Shown: positions 29,322 to 43,748, numbered from the stretch's first letter. The stretch is 64,000 nt of DNA from Octopus vulgaris (GCA_951406725.2 OX597824.1:93310001-93374000), one strand, 5' to 3'. Numbers and translations: made by a program. Notes: generated from the sequence alone by a model not told the origin.

Positions 29322-29625
29322 AGGCGCGGTCATGGCTGTGTGATTAGGGAGCTTGCTTCCTAGCTACATGGTTTCGGGTTCAGTCCCACTGCGTGGCACT
29401 TTGGGTAGGTGTCTTCCACTATAGCCCCGAGCCGACCGAAGCTTTGTGATTGAATTCGGTAGGCGGAAGTTACTGCCGTGTGTGTATAGCTCCGAAAGAG
29501 AGAGAGGGAAAAACTACCTCGCTTGGCAACAGGTGGGGGTTGCCGTCAGGAAGGGCATCCGGCTGTTGAAAGCTTTTCTGACAAGTTGTGGTGCACCTGA
29601 GCACTGTATACAATAATTTCATTAT
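29322..29625 (+). mobile_element. SINE with family A head and an alternative tail
   Basis: GGCGCGGTCATGGCTGTGTG...GGGTTCAGTCCCACTGCGTGGCAC, followed by GGTTGCCGTCAGGAAGGGCATCCGGCTG. Confidence 0.7.
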
Positions 29626-29628
29626 TCT

Positions 29629-29753
29629 AACATAACATGGCAGTCCTGGTTTACGACGAATGTTGCTGTAATTTAGCCCCAGGAGACATAGTCTTCAGCT
29701 GCCTATATGACACAATCTGTCCTTATATTTTCGAAGGACTGCCATCTTATGTT
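29629..29753. mobile_element. Putative 125-bp MITE with 19-bp terminal inverted repeats
   Basis: AACATAACATGGCAGTCCT (29629-29647) versus AGGACTGCCATCTTATGTT (29735-29753), 18/19 match. Confidence 0.55.
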
Positions 29754-29921
29754 GGCAAGTGATCTTTACTCCATAGCTGATTGGTGTTTACGTTCACATT
29801 TCAAAGAGTTTCTCTGTACGCATGTGTGTGTGTGTATGTATACGTGCATGTGTGTGTGTGTATGTATACGTGCATGTGTGTCCATTATTTTGTGTATATG
29901 TATATATAACAACAACGTCTC

Positions 29922-29975
<54 letters not shown>

Positions 29976-30160
29976 TGTATAAAATACTTTTATTCTCAGC
30001 GAGACCTTTGACAGGACACCTTACATGCTAGAAAGGACAGTTAAAACGCAAAAATATTCTATACACATATTTTTTAAACTTATGTTGTCTTAAGACATAT
30101 TTATGTATGCTAACAATGGTAATAATTTATACGAATTCATAACCCTCACATTTACAAAAG

Positions 30161-30191
<31 letters not shown>

Positions 30192-30206
30192 AAATTCATA
30201 CATATA

Positions 30207-30256
<50 letters not shown>

Positions 30257-30472
30257 CGTGTGTGTTTATATGTCGGTATATCATTTATATACAGACACAC
30301 CTGTATATATACATACACACACATACATACATATATATATATCAATGTATAAATGTATATGTGTGGGTATGTATACATATATACGTGCGTATGAGTGGCT
30401 GTTCATCTAAGTTACGTTCATATGATATCATATGATATCTAAACATAAAACTAAGTATGCATATATCCATCC

Positions 30473-30530
<58 letters not shown>

Positions 30531-30847
30531 GTATATATGTATATATGTTTGCATGTATGTCTGTATGTATAAGTGTGCATACACATGTAGGTGTGTGTAT
30601 ATGTGTATGTGATCTGGTTGTGTGTATAATCGATAGTGTATAGCTGCGTATAATAGACTTATTCTACACCCACATCACTAGGTATATAAAACTGGGTGTA
30701 TGTAGATTTGGTTTTCTTATCGATTCTTAGACTTAAATGCTATAATCCTATTTTGGTATTTCCTTTCTTTGGATTTCTTCACAGTAGCTACATACAGATA
30801 CACACATAATCACGCATACATGATGCACACAGACACACACACACACG

Positions 30848-30902
<55 letters not shown>

Positions 30903-31038
30903 ACACACACACACACACACTCATTGAGGACGCAAGCTTCAAGTCACGTATTCTTCGTCTAACACGTTTAATCACATAATAAGCCGGTTGCACATGCTAA
31001 TAAACGCACGCATTCTCTCCTCTCTCTGTCTCTCTCTC

Positions 31039-31073
<35 letters not shown>

Positions 31074-31226
31074 GGGTTTGTCGCCCTTTCTTCCTTTCTA
31101 TTTCATTTAGTTGACTACCTATGCGTCTATCTGTCTCTGTATATATGTATGTAGGTATGTATGGATGGATGGATGGACGGATGGACGGATTCATGTGTGT
31201 ATGCATGTATGTATGGATGGATGTAC

Positions 31227-31257
<31 letters not shown>

Positions 31258-31324
31258 ACCCTAATTTTTCCATCTATCCATCTATCCATCTATTCATCTG
31301 TCTATTTATCTAACTCTCTGTGTG

Positions 31325-31379
<55 letters not shown>

Positions 31380-31659
31380 ATCAATCTATCTATCTATCCC
31401 TCCTTCCATCCATCTCTCTATTTATCTAACTATCTCTCTCTCTCTCTCTCCCTATATATATATATGTATATGTGTGTGTATTTATATATATATATATATA
31501 TATCAATCCGTTTATTTATCTATCCATCCATTCAACCATCCATCTATATAAGTATCTATCTGTCGATTGATCGATACTTTGATCAGCCTGTCAAACTATC
31601 AGTCTATCAATCAATTTATGTATGTATGTATGTATGTATGTATCTATATATCTATCTAT

Positions 31660-31730
<71 letters not shown>

Positions 31731-32775
31731 GCTGAATGGCAGTTTGTCTGGCTGGCCATCATACAAACGATTCTCATATGTAAATACACGGAAATTTTCT
31801 TTTCCATCTCTCTGTCTGTTTCTTTCCCCCTTGCTCGCTCACTCTCTTTGTCTCACTCTTTCACAAATGACTGTGTCTGTAAGTGCGTGTGTGTGCGCGT
31901 GTGTGTGTGTGTGTGCGCGCGTGCGCGTGTGAGTGTAAAGATATACACATGCCTACACAAATGCTTATGTCAACACCAGATCTAGATAAATAAATAGATA
32001 AACACATATATTTATATAAATATACACTTGTGCATAAATACACAAAGACAATCAAACACAAATACAAAGATTAAATTACGGTTATTATTTCGAATCAAGT
32101 TCAAGAATGGCAGCAGAATATTTACTGATGATAGGACTCAATACTGACACTAGAGTAAAGTATGTTTAGAAATTTCGCTTTGACAGGAGATCGTACTTCA
32201 GCTGACGGCTTTTAGGCATGTAGCGTGCTTACCAACCACATGGATCAGAGTTCAGTCCCACTGCGTGGCACCTTGGGCTTGTATCGACTATTATAGATTC
32301 GGGCCGTCCAAAACCTTGTGAATGGATTTAATAGACGGAAACTGAAAGAAAACCGTCTTGTGCGTGTGTGTGTGTGTGTGTGTGTGTAATGGGAACTCTT
32401 ACCTATTAGCTCATCATTGTGGGTTCCGAGTTCCAAAGCACCTGGCAAAAAAAAAAAAAAAAACGATGGGGGTGCGGTTGTGGCCATCGACACCCTGAAT
32501 ATGCAGTCAGTTGTTCTGGGTTACATGTTATGAATAATACCTCACCCGAGCGAAGTGACAAAACATGCGTTTACATAAGTACACACAAACATACATAGAT
32601 ACTTACAATCACACATACAAACATACATATTCACGTATCTGTGAACGTATATAAAGTTCACGCTCATACATACACGCGCACACGCATGCTTATACTTAAT
32701 ATATTTAAATTCTGCTGGAACAATACCCAGTCGTTAGAAAAAATCTATCTATCTATCTATCTATCTATTTATCTA

Positions 32776-32810
<35 letters not shown>

Positions 32811-33014
32811 GTCAATCATAAACACGGTCTTTCTCTTTTTCATTTTACGGACGCACACACACAAAGTACAGACACGTATACACACACGCATACACACACA
32901 TATATATGCACGCACACACACATAAATGCGCACACATACACACAGGCACACACACACAGGCACACACACGCACACACACACACACATATATATGTTTGTA
33001 TTCGTTTATCCTTT

Positions 33015-33127
33015 TATTCTTTCACTTGTTTCAGTCATTTGACTGCGGCCATGCTGGAGCACCGCTTTTTAGTCGAACAAATCGAACCCAGGACTTATTC
33101 ACACACACGCACGCACACACACACACA

Positions 33128-33173
<46 letters not shown>

Positions 33174-33290
33174 AATATATATATGCGACAGGCTTCTTGC
33201 AGTTTCCGTGTACCAAATCCACTCACAAGGTTTTGGTCGACCTGTTACTGTCGTAGAACTTACTTGCCCAAGGTGCCCCGTAATGAGACT
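33015..33290 (-). mobile_element. SINE family A, partial, with internal (CA)n
   Basis: CTTGTTTCAGTCATTTGACTGCGGCCATGCTGGAGCACCGC ... CCAAATCCACTCACAAGG. Confidence 0.85.
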
Positions 33291-33604
33291 GAAGCCAGTG
33301 CCTCGCCTGCGCTTATATGTATACATATGTGATGATTTTAGGTAGGCGGTGTCGAATTTAGAAATCCGTAAACAATATTAATATTATTCCGTAAGCTTAA
33401 GCCATGCAGTGGGTAAGGTAAATAGTCTAATATTGGGGCTTATAAGCCCTCGATCGAAGATAGTATGGTTATCCGTACGTGTTGGACCCGAACCAAAACC
33501 TCATGTTTTTGCAGCAAGTGTGCTACCGTTACAGTATATGGGCACAGACACAGAGACACACACATATAAAATGTGTGTATGCATGCATATATATATATAT
33601 ATAT

Positions 33605-33780
33605 ATATGGTTGTGTGGTAAAGAGCTTGCTTACCAACCACATGGTCGCGGGTTCAGTCCTACAGTGTGGCACTTTGGGCAAGTGTCTTCTACTGTATCC
33701 TCGTGCCGGCGAAAGCCTTGTGAGTGGATTTGGTAGACGGAAAGTGAAAGAAACCCGTCGTATATATTTGTGAGTGTGTT

Positions 33781-33818
<38 letters not shown>

Positions 33819-34100
33819 TGTGTGTGTGTGCGTACGTGTATGTGTGTGTTTTTTGTGCGTGTTTGTGTGTGCTTATGTTTGTGTTTGTCTCCCACCATCG
33901 CTTGGTAACCGATGCTGGTGTGCTTACGTCCCCGTAACATTAGAGGTTCGGCAAAACCGACCGATAGAATAAGTACTAAATGTGCTTATATGTACTGAAT
34001 ACGTAGAATGAATAAATCCTGGGGTCGATTTGTTCGATTAAAGGTGGTGCTCCGGCATGGCCGCAGTCAAATGACTGAACACAAGTAGAAGTAAAAGAGT
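33605..34100 (+). mobile_element. SINE family A, full length with expanded internal (TG)n
   Basis: Head TGTGTGGTAAAGAGCTTGCTTACCAACCACATGG, tail GGCCGCAGTCAAATGACTGAA. Confidence 0.9.
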
Positions 34101-34144
<44 letters not shown>

Positions 34145-34152
34145 CTTTCTCC

Positions 34153-34235
<83 letters not shown>

Positions 34236-34590
34236 TTGCCTCTGTCCACTCGTCGTCCGCCCCCGCAATAGTACAATAGTAGTCACTTTTTGCTTTAATG
34301 AAATAATAACGTGTAACCGTTGAAACCAAAAATACATTTTCTCTTCCTCGAATTCTCATTCTTCCTCCTCTCGTACAAAACAAACCGAATGTATTCTCAC
34401 TACACAAACATACATGAATGCTATAAGCACGCACCAACGTTACCACTATCCACGCAAACACACGCACACTCACACCCAATCTCTCCATCTCTGACATACT
34501 TCTTTCACAAGGCAAAGGCTTAAATACATCGCAACTCTAACAGGTGCTCTCTTTCTTTCTATCTCACACACTGTATCTCTTCCTATTCGC

Positions 34591-34698
<108 letters not shown>

Positions 34699-34860
34699 TT
34701 ATTCGTCTATCTATCTATCTATCTATTTATTTATCATTTATCTATCTATCTATTGTCTGTCTGCCTATCTGTCTCTATCCTGCTCTCTCTCTCTCAATTT
34801 ATCTGTCTGTCTGTCTATCTGTATGTATGTCTATCTCTCTCTCTATCTGTCTATCTATCA

Positions 34861-34898
<38 letters not shown>

Positions 34899-34899
34899 A

Positions 34900-34977
<78 letters not shown>

Positions 34978-35064
34978 TTTCCATCAATCTGTTTAGCCAT
35001 CCATCTACCTACCTATCTATCTACCTATAACCTATCAATATATCAATGCATCTTTTTAAGTTTG

Positions 35065-35200
35065 AAACTGTGGCACAAGACGAGCAATTCCCCGTGAAGG
35101 TTTAAGTCGAATACATCAACACCAGTGTTCAACTGGTACTTATTTTATCCTCCCCGATCGGGTGTAAGGCAAAAACGACCTAGGCGTAATTTGAAATCAG
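35065..35200 (-). mobile_element. SINE family B fragment
   Basis: TGTGGCACAAG...ACTGGTACTTATTTTATC...AAGGCAAAAACGACC. Confidence 0.65.
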
Positions 35201-35577
35201 TTCAAATTCTTATCGCAGAAGCGATGAATATTAAACAGTCAACAACTATATAATAACCAGGTGTGTGAGATAAAACGAAATACAACATGTTCAAACTGAT
35301 TACTACATAGCATATTTACGTAATATGTCGGCCTGCAAGAAATAGCAGCCAAATTCCTTCAAATATTGTGGGTATATAAGAAGGCCACATGGTCACGAAT
35401 AAACTATCTTTAAGCATACGTTTAATTTAACGGACCACACTTCCCTTCTTTTCCCATATTCTCTTTCCCTTTTTTATACACGTGCGCGACTGCGCCCACG
35501 TACATGCATGTATGTGTATATAAATATACATACATACAGACACACGCGCAGACACATATATATATATATATACTTTG

Positions 35578-35611
<34 letters not shown>

Positions 35612-35617
<6 letters not shown>

Positions 35618-35792
35618 ATGATCACGTGATCGAAAGAGTAAAGCAGGCATCGCCACCACCCGCTGCCGGATCCTCATGGAGCTTTAGGTGTTTTCGCTCA
35701 ATAAACACTCAAAACGTCCGGTCCCAGAATCGAAACCGTGATCCCACGGCCGCGAGTCCGCTGCCTTAACCACCGGGCCATTGCGCCTCCAC
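35612..35792 (-). mobile_element. tRNA-derived SINE family D, internally deleted
   Basis: Reverse complement of TGGAGGCGCAATGGCCCGGTGG...GGTTTCGATTC...TTGAGCGAAAACACCTAAAGCTCC, matching 41263-41572. Confidence 0.8.
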
Positions 35793-35815
35793 TTGTGTGT
35801 GTGTGTGTGTTTGTA

Positions 35816-35882
<67 letters not shown>

Positions 35883-36554
35883 TTATATATTTATATATCT
35901 ATTTATAGCTATGTGCATGTGTGTGTACACGCGCACACATGCACAGAGACACATACACACGCACACACGTGCACACACATATAACTGCCGCATATAGGTA
36001 TAGAGATGCGGTTTTTCCGTATCCATTGTACATTGAAACATAGGGACAATCACACATGCAATCATAAATATACACAAACGGCGGCAAATAAAATTCTCAT
36101 TCACAAACACAGAGTAAGAAAGACAGAAAAACACAGAAAGAAAGAGACGAAGAGAGAGAGAGAAAGAGATGAAGAAATTGAGAAAGAATGAGAGAAGCAA
36201 TCGTAGATCTAAAAAGAAGTAAAAAGAAAATAATATGAAGAATAACACGATTCTTCCATTCTCTGTAGAATACACAACCGAACGCAGATAATCATTGTAT
36301 TGTAAGAAATTTTTTTTTAATACGGGTGTATATGACGCTCAACCTGCCTTGCCTCTCTTTCTCTCTGTCCCTCGTTCCTTCTCAATCTGTCTCTCATTAT
36401 ATGCATATCTTTGGATGCGCGTATATACATACATACATATATATATATGTATATATATTTATACGCATCTATTACATGCATCTATCATTGCGTATATACA
36501 TGCATCTATCATTGCGTATATATATATATGTATATAAATATATACATATACATA

Positions 36555-36649
<95 letters not shown>

Positions 36650-36651
<2 letters not shown>

Positions 36652-36766
36652 GGAGAGTTTACGAAAGAAAACAAAAGACGAAGACAGGTGGTGCAGAAAA
36701 CAAACAGATGTATTAGTATAACACTCAGGAATAGAAAAAGTCTTTTACGTTTCGAGCCTACGCTCT
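36650..36766 (-). mobile_element. Penelope-like terminal-repeat fragment with the 3' half of a hammerhead motif
   Basis: Near-identical to 56521-56636. Minus strand AGAGC-GTAG-GCTC-GAAAC-GTA. Confidence 0.6.
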
Positions 36767-36779
36767 ATATATAGAGAGA

Positions 36780-36814
<35 letters not shown>

Positions 36815-37325
36815 TTAATAGACAGACAAATAAACTGATAGACAGACTGATTAGAGAGAGCAATCGATTGACGGACGGATAGATAGGTAGATAGATACAC
36901 AGACACACAGATAGATAGATTGTGTGTGTGTACGTATGTATATATATATATATACCTGCATACATGTATGTGTGTCTGTGTGTGTGTATATAGAGTTCTG
37001 AGTGTATGTATGTGTGCTTGTGTCTGTGCCTTCGTGTTGGTGTGCGCATGCTTGTATCTGTCGATGCATGAATACATGTATGAAGGATGCCTGGTTATTG
37101 GAACGGATGGATGGATGTTTAAATCGCTCCAACGATCGATGGATGTATGGAAGTAGGTAAGCAAGAAACGCAGAAGGCAAAACGGACTTATGGAACGATA
37201 AAGGGACTAACACCAACATCTGGATCTGTAAAGATAACCACTCGTACTTATTTGCATACATGCATATGTGTATGTGTGCGCGCGCATGTGTATGTATCTC
37301 TCTCTCCCTCTCTCTCTATCTCTCT

Positions 37326-37370
<45 letters not shown>

Positions 37371-37430
37371 ATATACATGAATATATATATGTATATATAT
37401 ATATATGATATATACATGAATATATATATG

Positions 37431-37487
<57 letters not shown>

Positions 37488-37559
37488 ATGTGTGTGTGCG
37501 TTTATATATATACACATATATACATTGAGAGAGAGAGAGTAAGAGAGAAGTAGCTAGGT

Positions 37560-38245
37560 TGTTTTATTGGAGACCGAATACTCTTTACGTTTCCCTCTAT
37601 CAGATTCGTCTTGATCCGCTACACGCTTCACTAATTTTCTTCAATCACAGAGCAATTTTTTTCCCCTACCCTGGGCTGCATTGTACCTTCTTCCTCGTCT
37701 TATTCATACTTTTTTCAAACATCCTAACATCTCGTACCGTACATTTGCATACATATCCATTACCCCTACCACATTCTTTCCTCTACGCCCGTTCCACCAT
37801 CATTTTTTTCTTTTAGTTTTACCCTTTCTTCCTGCACACTTCACGATTCCGCTCACACACACACATGCACATATTTCCACTAACCTAAGCTATTATTCTG
37901 TCCTACTTGCATTTCTCTGAACACATACCACAAAACTGGATCTGAAATCACGTAAGCACTCCTATGCTTGCACCTCACGTTTTGTTCCATTTGTTAACGT
38001 CCCCATAGAAACGCATTCTCATCTCGTTCTTGAAATTTCATCTTGGTTTTTCGTCTTCCTTCTCAACAGCTTTTTTTTTCTCTTTTGCACCCCCTACTTT
38101 ATTTTTCTTCTATACCACACTTATGAAGAAGTACCAGCGTCAGAAACGTTAAAACGTTAAGACGCTTTTACATTCTGCTTCAGCGTGAAACTTATAATAC
38201 AATATTTGCTTTCTTCCTTCTGTCTTTCTTCACTGCTTTCCTGAA
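37560..38245 (+). mobile_element. Degenerate Penelope-like element 3' region
   Basis: Pyrimidine-rich body ending in ATGAAGA...GAAACGTT (38123-38150), followed by sequence similar to the 3' context of the other copies (AGCG...AATAC...TTTG). Confidence 0.4.
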
Positions 38246-38515
38246 AGACAAAAAAGACAGATATTCGTATAATGTAGTGATAAATCCTTTTTATTCTTTT
38301 ACGATTTTATTACTGTTGCAGCCACGCTGGGGCATTCAAAAATATACTCCGATATATTAAAGTCTCGTATCTATTTCATGGTCCACTCTTAGATACGTAT
38401 CTGAGTTACAGGGACGTAAATAATCCAACATCAAAGTGCAACATAAATCATACATATAAGCATGTATACATTTGCATATTAGTGTGCATATATGTATATC
38501 TATTTATCTATAGTG

Positions 38516-38760
38516 TGGAGGCGCGTGGCTTAGTTGTTAGGATGTCAGCATCATGATGCTAAGATTGTGGTTTCGATTCCTGGACCGGGCGACGCGCTAT
38601 GTCTTTGAGCAAAACACTTCATTTCACGTTGCTCCAGTCCACTCAGCTGGCAAAAATGAGTAACGCTGCGATGGACTGGCGTCCCGTCCAGCTTGGGAAC
38701 ACATACGCCATTGAAACCGGGAAACCGGGCTAGGCTTTAAAAGGGTGTATTTATTATTTT
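38516..38760 (+). mobile_element. tRNA-derived SINE family C (CORE-like plus V-domain-like)
   Basis: A box TGGCTTAGTTG, B box GGTTTCGATTCC, then TTGAGCAAAACACTT and CTGCGATGGACTGGCGTCCCGTCCAG. Confidence 0.85.
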
Positions 38761-38963
38761 TCATATTTATCTATGGTAAAATCTATTTGCCAAAGGGATT
38801 TTACTATACGGTATCGTTACTACTTAGATATTATTCATAGATTTAAAAGTAGCTGTTTTACTCATTGTCTATCTATCTATACATATATGTACCCGTGTGA
38901 AACAACACACGTGCTTACTCGGGATCCGTACCCGGCTTTTCCTTCTCTCTGAACTTTTACGTC

Positions 38964-38994
38964 TTTCTGACGAAGAGCTATACTAGAAACGTTA
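38964..38994 (+). ncRNA. Degenerate minimal hammerhead ribozyme motif
   Basis: CTGACGA-AGAGCTATACTA-GAAAC-GTT. Helix II is damaged. Confidence 0.45.
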
Positions 38995-39784
38995 CTTCTA
39001 TGTTTCCAGCTAAAACTTTCTCTAATATATTTACCTTGTACGTCTAATTGACTTGTTAATTTTGATTTACCTCTGTGTGTGTGCGCGTGCGCGTTCGTAT
39101 TCATAGGGATCAATCGACGAACCACAATTCACTGCCCGACTGTACTGTACTTTGCCTGTCCCCAGATTCTAGCTTCCAATTTGAACATTAAACGATTTGT
39201 ACATTCCAAGAATTGCACAACCGTTCCACGTCAAAACAACCACAACTTCAAAACTCTGCAACATACACGTATATACTAGACATGTGCAGTGATACAGAAC
39301 GGTTTCCGATTGAGTTACACGAACTGGAATTTTGAGGGCAGAGGTTATATCGTTCCATCGCCATCAGTAGATCAAAATTACTTTCTGCTGTCATCATTCA
39401 AAGAAGTAAAACAAACCACTTTTTCCGACGCGCCCTCGTTTCTGCCAACTCAGCGTCTTCACACAGTGACACATCATATGCATACAAACCTCAGGCGTTA
39501 CACACAACAAATCTGTAACTCTCACAAAATTTAACAAAATTATAGCAATGACGTACACACATACATACACAAGGTTTGACTTTCTCACAAAATACCAACA
39601 AATGAACAGATACATGTTTCAGATCACACATTCACACAAGCGCACAGCTACTCACCAAAAGATATAAATCCAATACCAATCCAGAGTTATTACAGTTCAC
39701 GCCTTGCGATGACAATGGCGTGAAACGCAAATCACGAGAATAACTTCCAGATTGAATAAAAATTATATGCATTATATTGTTTTC

Positions 39785-39975
39785 AACTTGTGGTGCAAGG
39801 CCTGCAATTTCGGAGGTAGACAGCTATTGGAGTACATCAATCCCAGTGTTTGACTGCTACTTATTTTATCGAGGCCGAAAAGGTGAAAGGCAAAGTTCAT
39901 ATCAGCAGAATTTGAAATCAGAACGCAAAGACGGGTGAAATACCGCTCGGCATTTTGTTCGCCGTACTAACGTCT
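39785..39975 (-). mobile_element. SINE family B, diverged
   Basis: TACTTATTTTATCGAGGCCGAAAAGGTGAAAGGCAAAG...GAAATACCGCT. Confidence 0.75.
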
Positions 39976-41156
39976 TGTTATATTATAGCTTATCATATTG
40001 TATTACATTACATTACATTATATCATATAATTATATAGATATATATGCATACATATATACACACATAAATATGTAGGCATGTATAGATATATATATTGAT
40101 ACACATACACACTATCAAACACACGCAGGCACACATAGATACACACATATAAATATAGACAGATAAATGTACATATTCGCACATAGATACACACACATAT
40201 ATACACACGTTTATATATGTGTGTGTATGTAAATATATATACGAGAGTGTGTATATGAATGTATGCATGTATGTATGTATATACGTATATGTGTATATAT
40301 ATTGATATGCCTATAAGGAATGGTAAGCTAAATACTTAGCTAGGTTTAGATAATTGGATATCCATATCCATTCATACATACGCATATATATATATATATG
40401 TATATATATATATCACTCTATATATATTTTTTTATACATATATATGCATTTATGTCTGTATGTCCGTATGTATATATGTATGCATGTATATATGTATGCA
40501 TGTATATATGTATGTGTGTTTACCTTTCTCTCTATCTCTATATTTGTCTTTTTGTGAACGAACGCATGTACCTCTATATTTATGTATGCACATGCTCCGC
40601 TATATATAAACATAGCAAAATATTACCTGAGAAGTGCTAATGATTTCTTGCTCGTAACATTTAACTCTCACCCTTCTACAGTTACAAGCGGCAAAGGAAT
40701 TAATTCAGCAGTAATATAGATTTTCGTGATTAGCTTCAGAATTACATTTAAACTATCATCGCAACATTATCATAGTAATCGATTTTAAAATGTCACTAAG
40801 TAGCCAATTTATTCACGTTGCTGCCACAGTCGTTTCGCATATATTTCCCGGCAATATATTCATAACCCTCATCTACGTTGCTTCTCCATACATCTAAATT
40901 CCACACAGAAGTCTGTATTTATAAATAGACTCGTTTGCTCATAATTTATTTAGAAAGAGTCTTGGTAGCATAATTGAAACGTATTGCTAAATGTTATCAA
41001 TTATACATGTGCCTATATTTAGAAGATATACAAATATCTACCTATCTCGCTATCTCTTTATTTCTCGACGTGGTTGAGTCTTTGTGAAAGAGTGTATCTT
41101 TCTTAACACACACACATCACACACATACACACACATACACACACATATATACACAG

Positions 41157-41205
<49 letters not shown>

Positions 41206-41262
41206 TATATATGTATATATATATGTGTAGTGTGTGTGCGTGTGTGTGTTGGTGTGTGTGTA

Positions 41263-41570
41263 TGGAGGCGCAATGGCTCAGTGGTTAGGTCAGCTGATCG
41301 GCGGTTGTAAGATCGCGGTTTCGATTCCTGGACCGGGCGTTGTGAGTGTTTATTGAGCGAAAACACCTAAAGCTCCACGAGCCTCCGACAGGGGATGGTG
41401 GCGATCCCTGCTGTACTCTTTCGCCACAACTTTCTCTCACTCTTTCTTCTGTTGGCCTGCTCGCTTACCGAGCGGGTTGGCGTCATTTGAAGGCTAAAAC
41501 AATGCGAAGCGCATTGTGACCAGCGATGTGTAGCAACAACTGATAGCCTGGGCAGTCATGGTGATCACGG

Positions 41571-41572
<2 letters not shown>
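41263..41572 (+). mobile_element. tRNA-derived SINE family D, full length
   Basis: A box TGGCTCAGTGG, B box GGTTTCGATTCC, tail GCGCATTGTGACCAGCGATGTG...GTGATCACG then (TA)n. Tail fragment also at about 58695-58757. Confidence 0.88.
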
Positions 41573-41614
<42 letters not shown>

Positions 41615-41649
41615 TCTTTCTCTTGATGGTGACTAGAGTTATCGAACTG

Positions 41650-42730
41650 TTTGCAAATCTCCTGCATCTTCATTCGTTATCCCTGATTCAATAGCGTTTC
41701 GCTCCTTAGTATGCACGCCTCATCTGAGAAGCTGACCAGCATGAAAAGAATTATTTTTCACATAGAGAATTCTTCCATTTATGATTTCTTGTGAATCGCA
41801 ACCAACTTGAGACTATCTTCTTCAGTTAGAGAGAAATGCCTGTTTTATCCACCGATGGCATGGCCACTTTAATCACAATTATCTATTTTGTACTCCTCGG
41901 TAGAATAATGATATCTCACCGGAACGATCCTACTATTCTCTATTCCGGACAGACAAATTCGCATATAAGATCCCTCTGCATGTTCCTATCTTCAGGCAAA
42001 ATATAAAACGAGTCCCATACACACACATTATTAATTCTTAAGAGGTATATCCGTCAATCAGATTAACTCGTACTTTTGTGTGATCATGCGTTTGGTTTTT
42101 GACTTTAATTCCCTGCAAGTCCATCCACTTGGAAATTTCTGTAAGCACATTATCGCGCCCCAAGCACCTCAGTGACCAAAAGCATCCAGTCAAAATATGG
42201 CTCAGACTGTAAAAGAAGTATTTGGCAGGGATGGAAGAATTACATTATTTTCTTTATATCTTAATCCATGTGGTATAGGTTAGCGCTAGCACAATTAAGA
42301 AAATTCAAATTCCATTTAGTTGATTTGTCCGACTAAAGGCGGTGCTCCAGGATGGCCGCAGTCAAATGACTGAAACAAGTAAAAGAGTAAAAGAGAGTGA
42401 GTCCAACCAGTAAAACAATACGACCCTTCCATTGTATCTAAAAGCCGACTGTTACCTCCAGTTTACTTTCTAATTTCCATAACCTAAGCATCGTTGACGG
42501 GATTCCACAACAAACTCTTGGTGTTTTCAGCTCCTTCAAAGCTTCCTGGTTTCCGCTTCTTGTCGCCGTTAGTGGTCTTGGTCGGAGGATCTAACTCTTC
42601 TAATTTTCAAACAGAAATAATCTACGAACAACTCTTAGGTTTATAGTTTTGAATTCTGCCACAACCGAAGCAATTGGTAACTGGAAACTCGCAGGTCTTG
42701 CTGAGTGTTTTCACCGAGGTTAAATGTCAA
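41650..42730 (-). pseudogene. Decayed RLE non-LTR retrotransposon, HERO-like
   Basis: Minus-strand fragments in the expected order: QLPIASVVAEFK (post-RT), SLSHILTGCFWSL...DNVL (zinc-knuckle region), DIIIL..STK.IIVIKVAMP (PD..ExxxP nuclease region). A SINE A tail is inserted at about 42325-42400. Confidence 0.6.
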
Positions 42731-42739
42731 TAAAAGCCA

Positions 42740-43265
42740 GTTTCTCTCTCTCTTTCCCTCTCTTCCTCTCTCTCTCTCTCCCTTTCTTTCTCTATCTATC
42801 TGTCTATTTATCTCCCTCTTTGCCTTTCTCTCTCATTTTGTCTCGCTCTCCTCTCTTTCTTTCACTCACACTCATCATTTTCCTTCCCATTATTTCCCTC
42901 TCTAACTTTGTCTTTCCCTCCTCTCTCTTTCTCTCCTTATCTCTCCTTCCCTATTCTCTCTCTCTTTCTCTCTCCCTCTTTCTCTCTTGCTCTTTATCTC
43001 TTTCTCTTTCTCTCGCTCACATTATCTCTCACTTCCATTCTCTGTCTTTCCCTCTTTCTCTCTCTCTTTCTCTTTCTTTTTTCTTATTCACACTTTGTCT
43101 CTCCCTCCTCTATCGTTCTCTCTCTCCTTCTCTCTTCACTCTTTCTTTCTCTCTCTTTTTCTCTTCTCACACTCTCTCACTCTCTTTCTCTCTCTTTCTC
43201 TCCCTCACACTCTCCCACTCTCTTTCCCACTTTCGCTCTCCCTTTTTCTCCCTCTCTTTCACTTT
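42740..43265. repeat. Long degenerate (CT)n polypyrimidine tract
   Basis: Directly visible. Confidence 0.95.
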
Positions 43266-43519
43266 ACTTCCACTTCGTATTTGGCACGAGGATCTGCAGC
43301 GGGTTCCGCAGTAATTCCGAACCGACCGAGACAAAGACTGCTGCGTCTTCACCGTCCGTTTCCTTCCACGTTTTCCTCGAATGTTTTAGCTCATTCTTCA
43401 GTTATAGGATCTGACAGTGTTTCCTTCCGGGACCATGTGGCGTATAAGCGATTCCTCCATTCATGCCAAGAGCTTACACACACACTCACACACACACACA
43501 CACACACATACAAACATAA

Positions 43520-43570
43520 ACAGACAGACAGACAGACAGACGAAAAGACAGATAAATCGATCGATCGATC

Positions 43571-43624
<54 letters not shown>

Positions 43625-43663
43625 CAGACAGATAGATAGATAGATAGATAGATATATAGATAT

Positions 43664-43710
<47 letters not shown>

Positions 43711-43711
43711 T

Positions 43712-43748
<37 letters not shown>

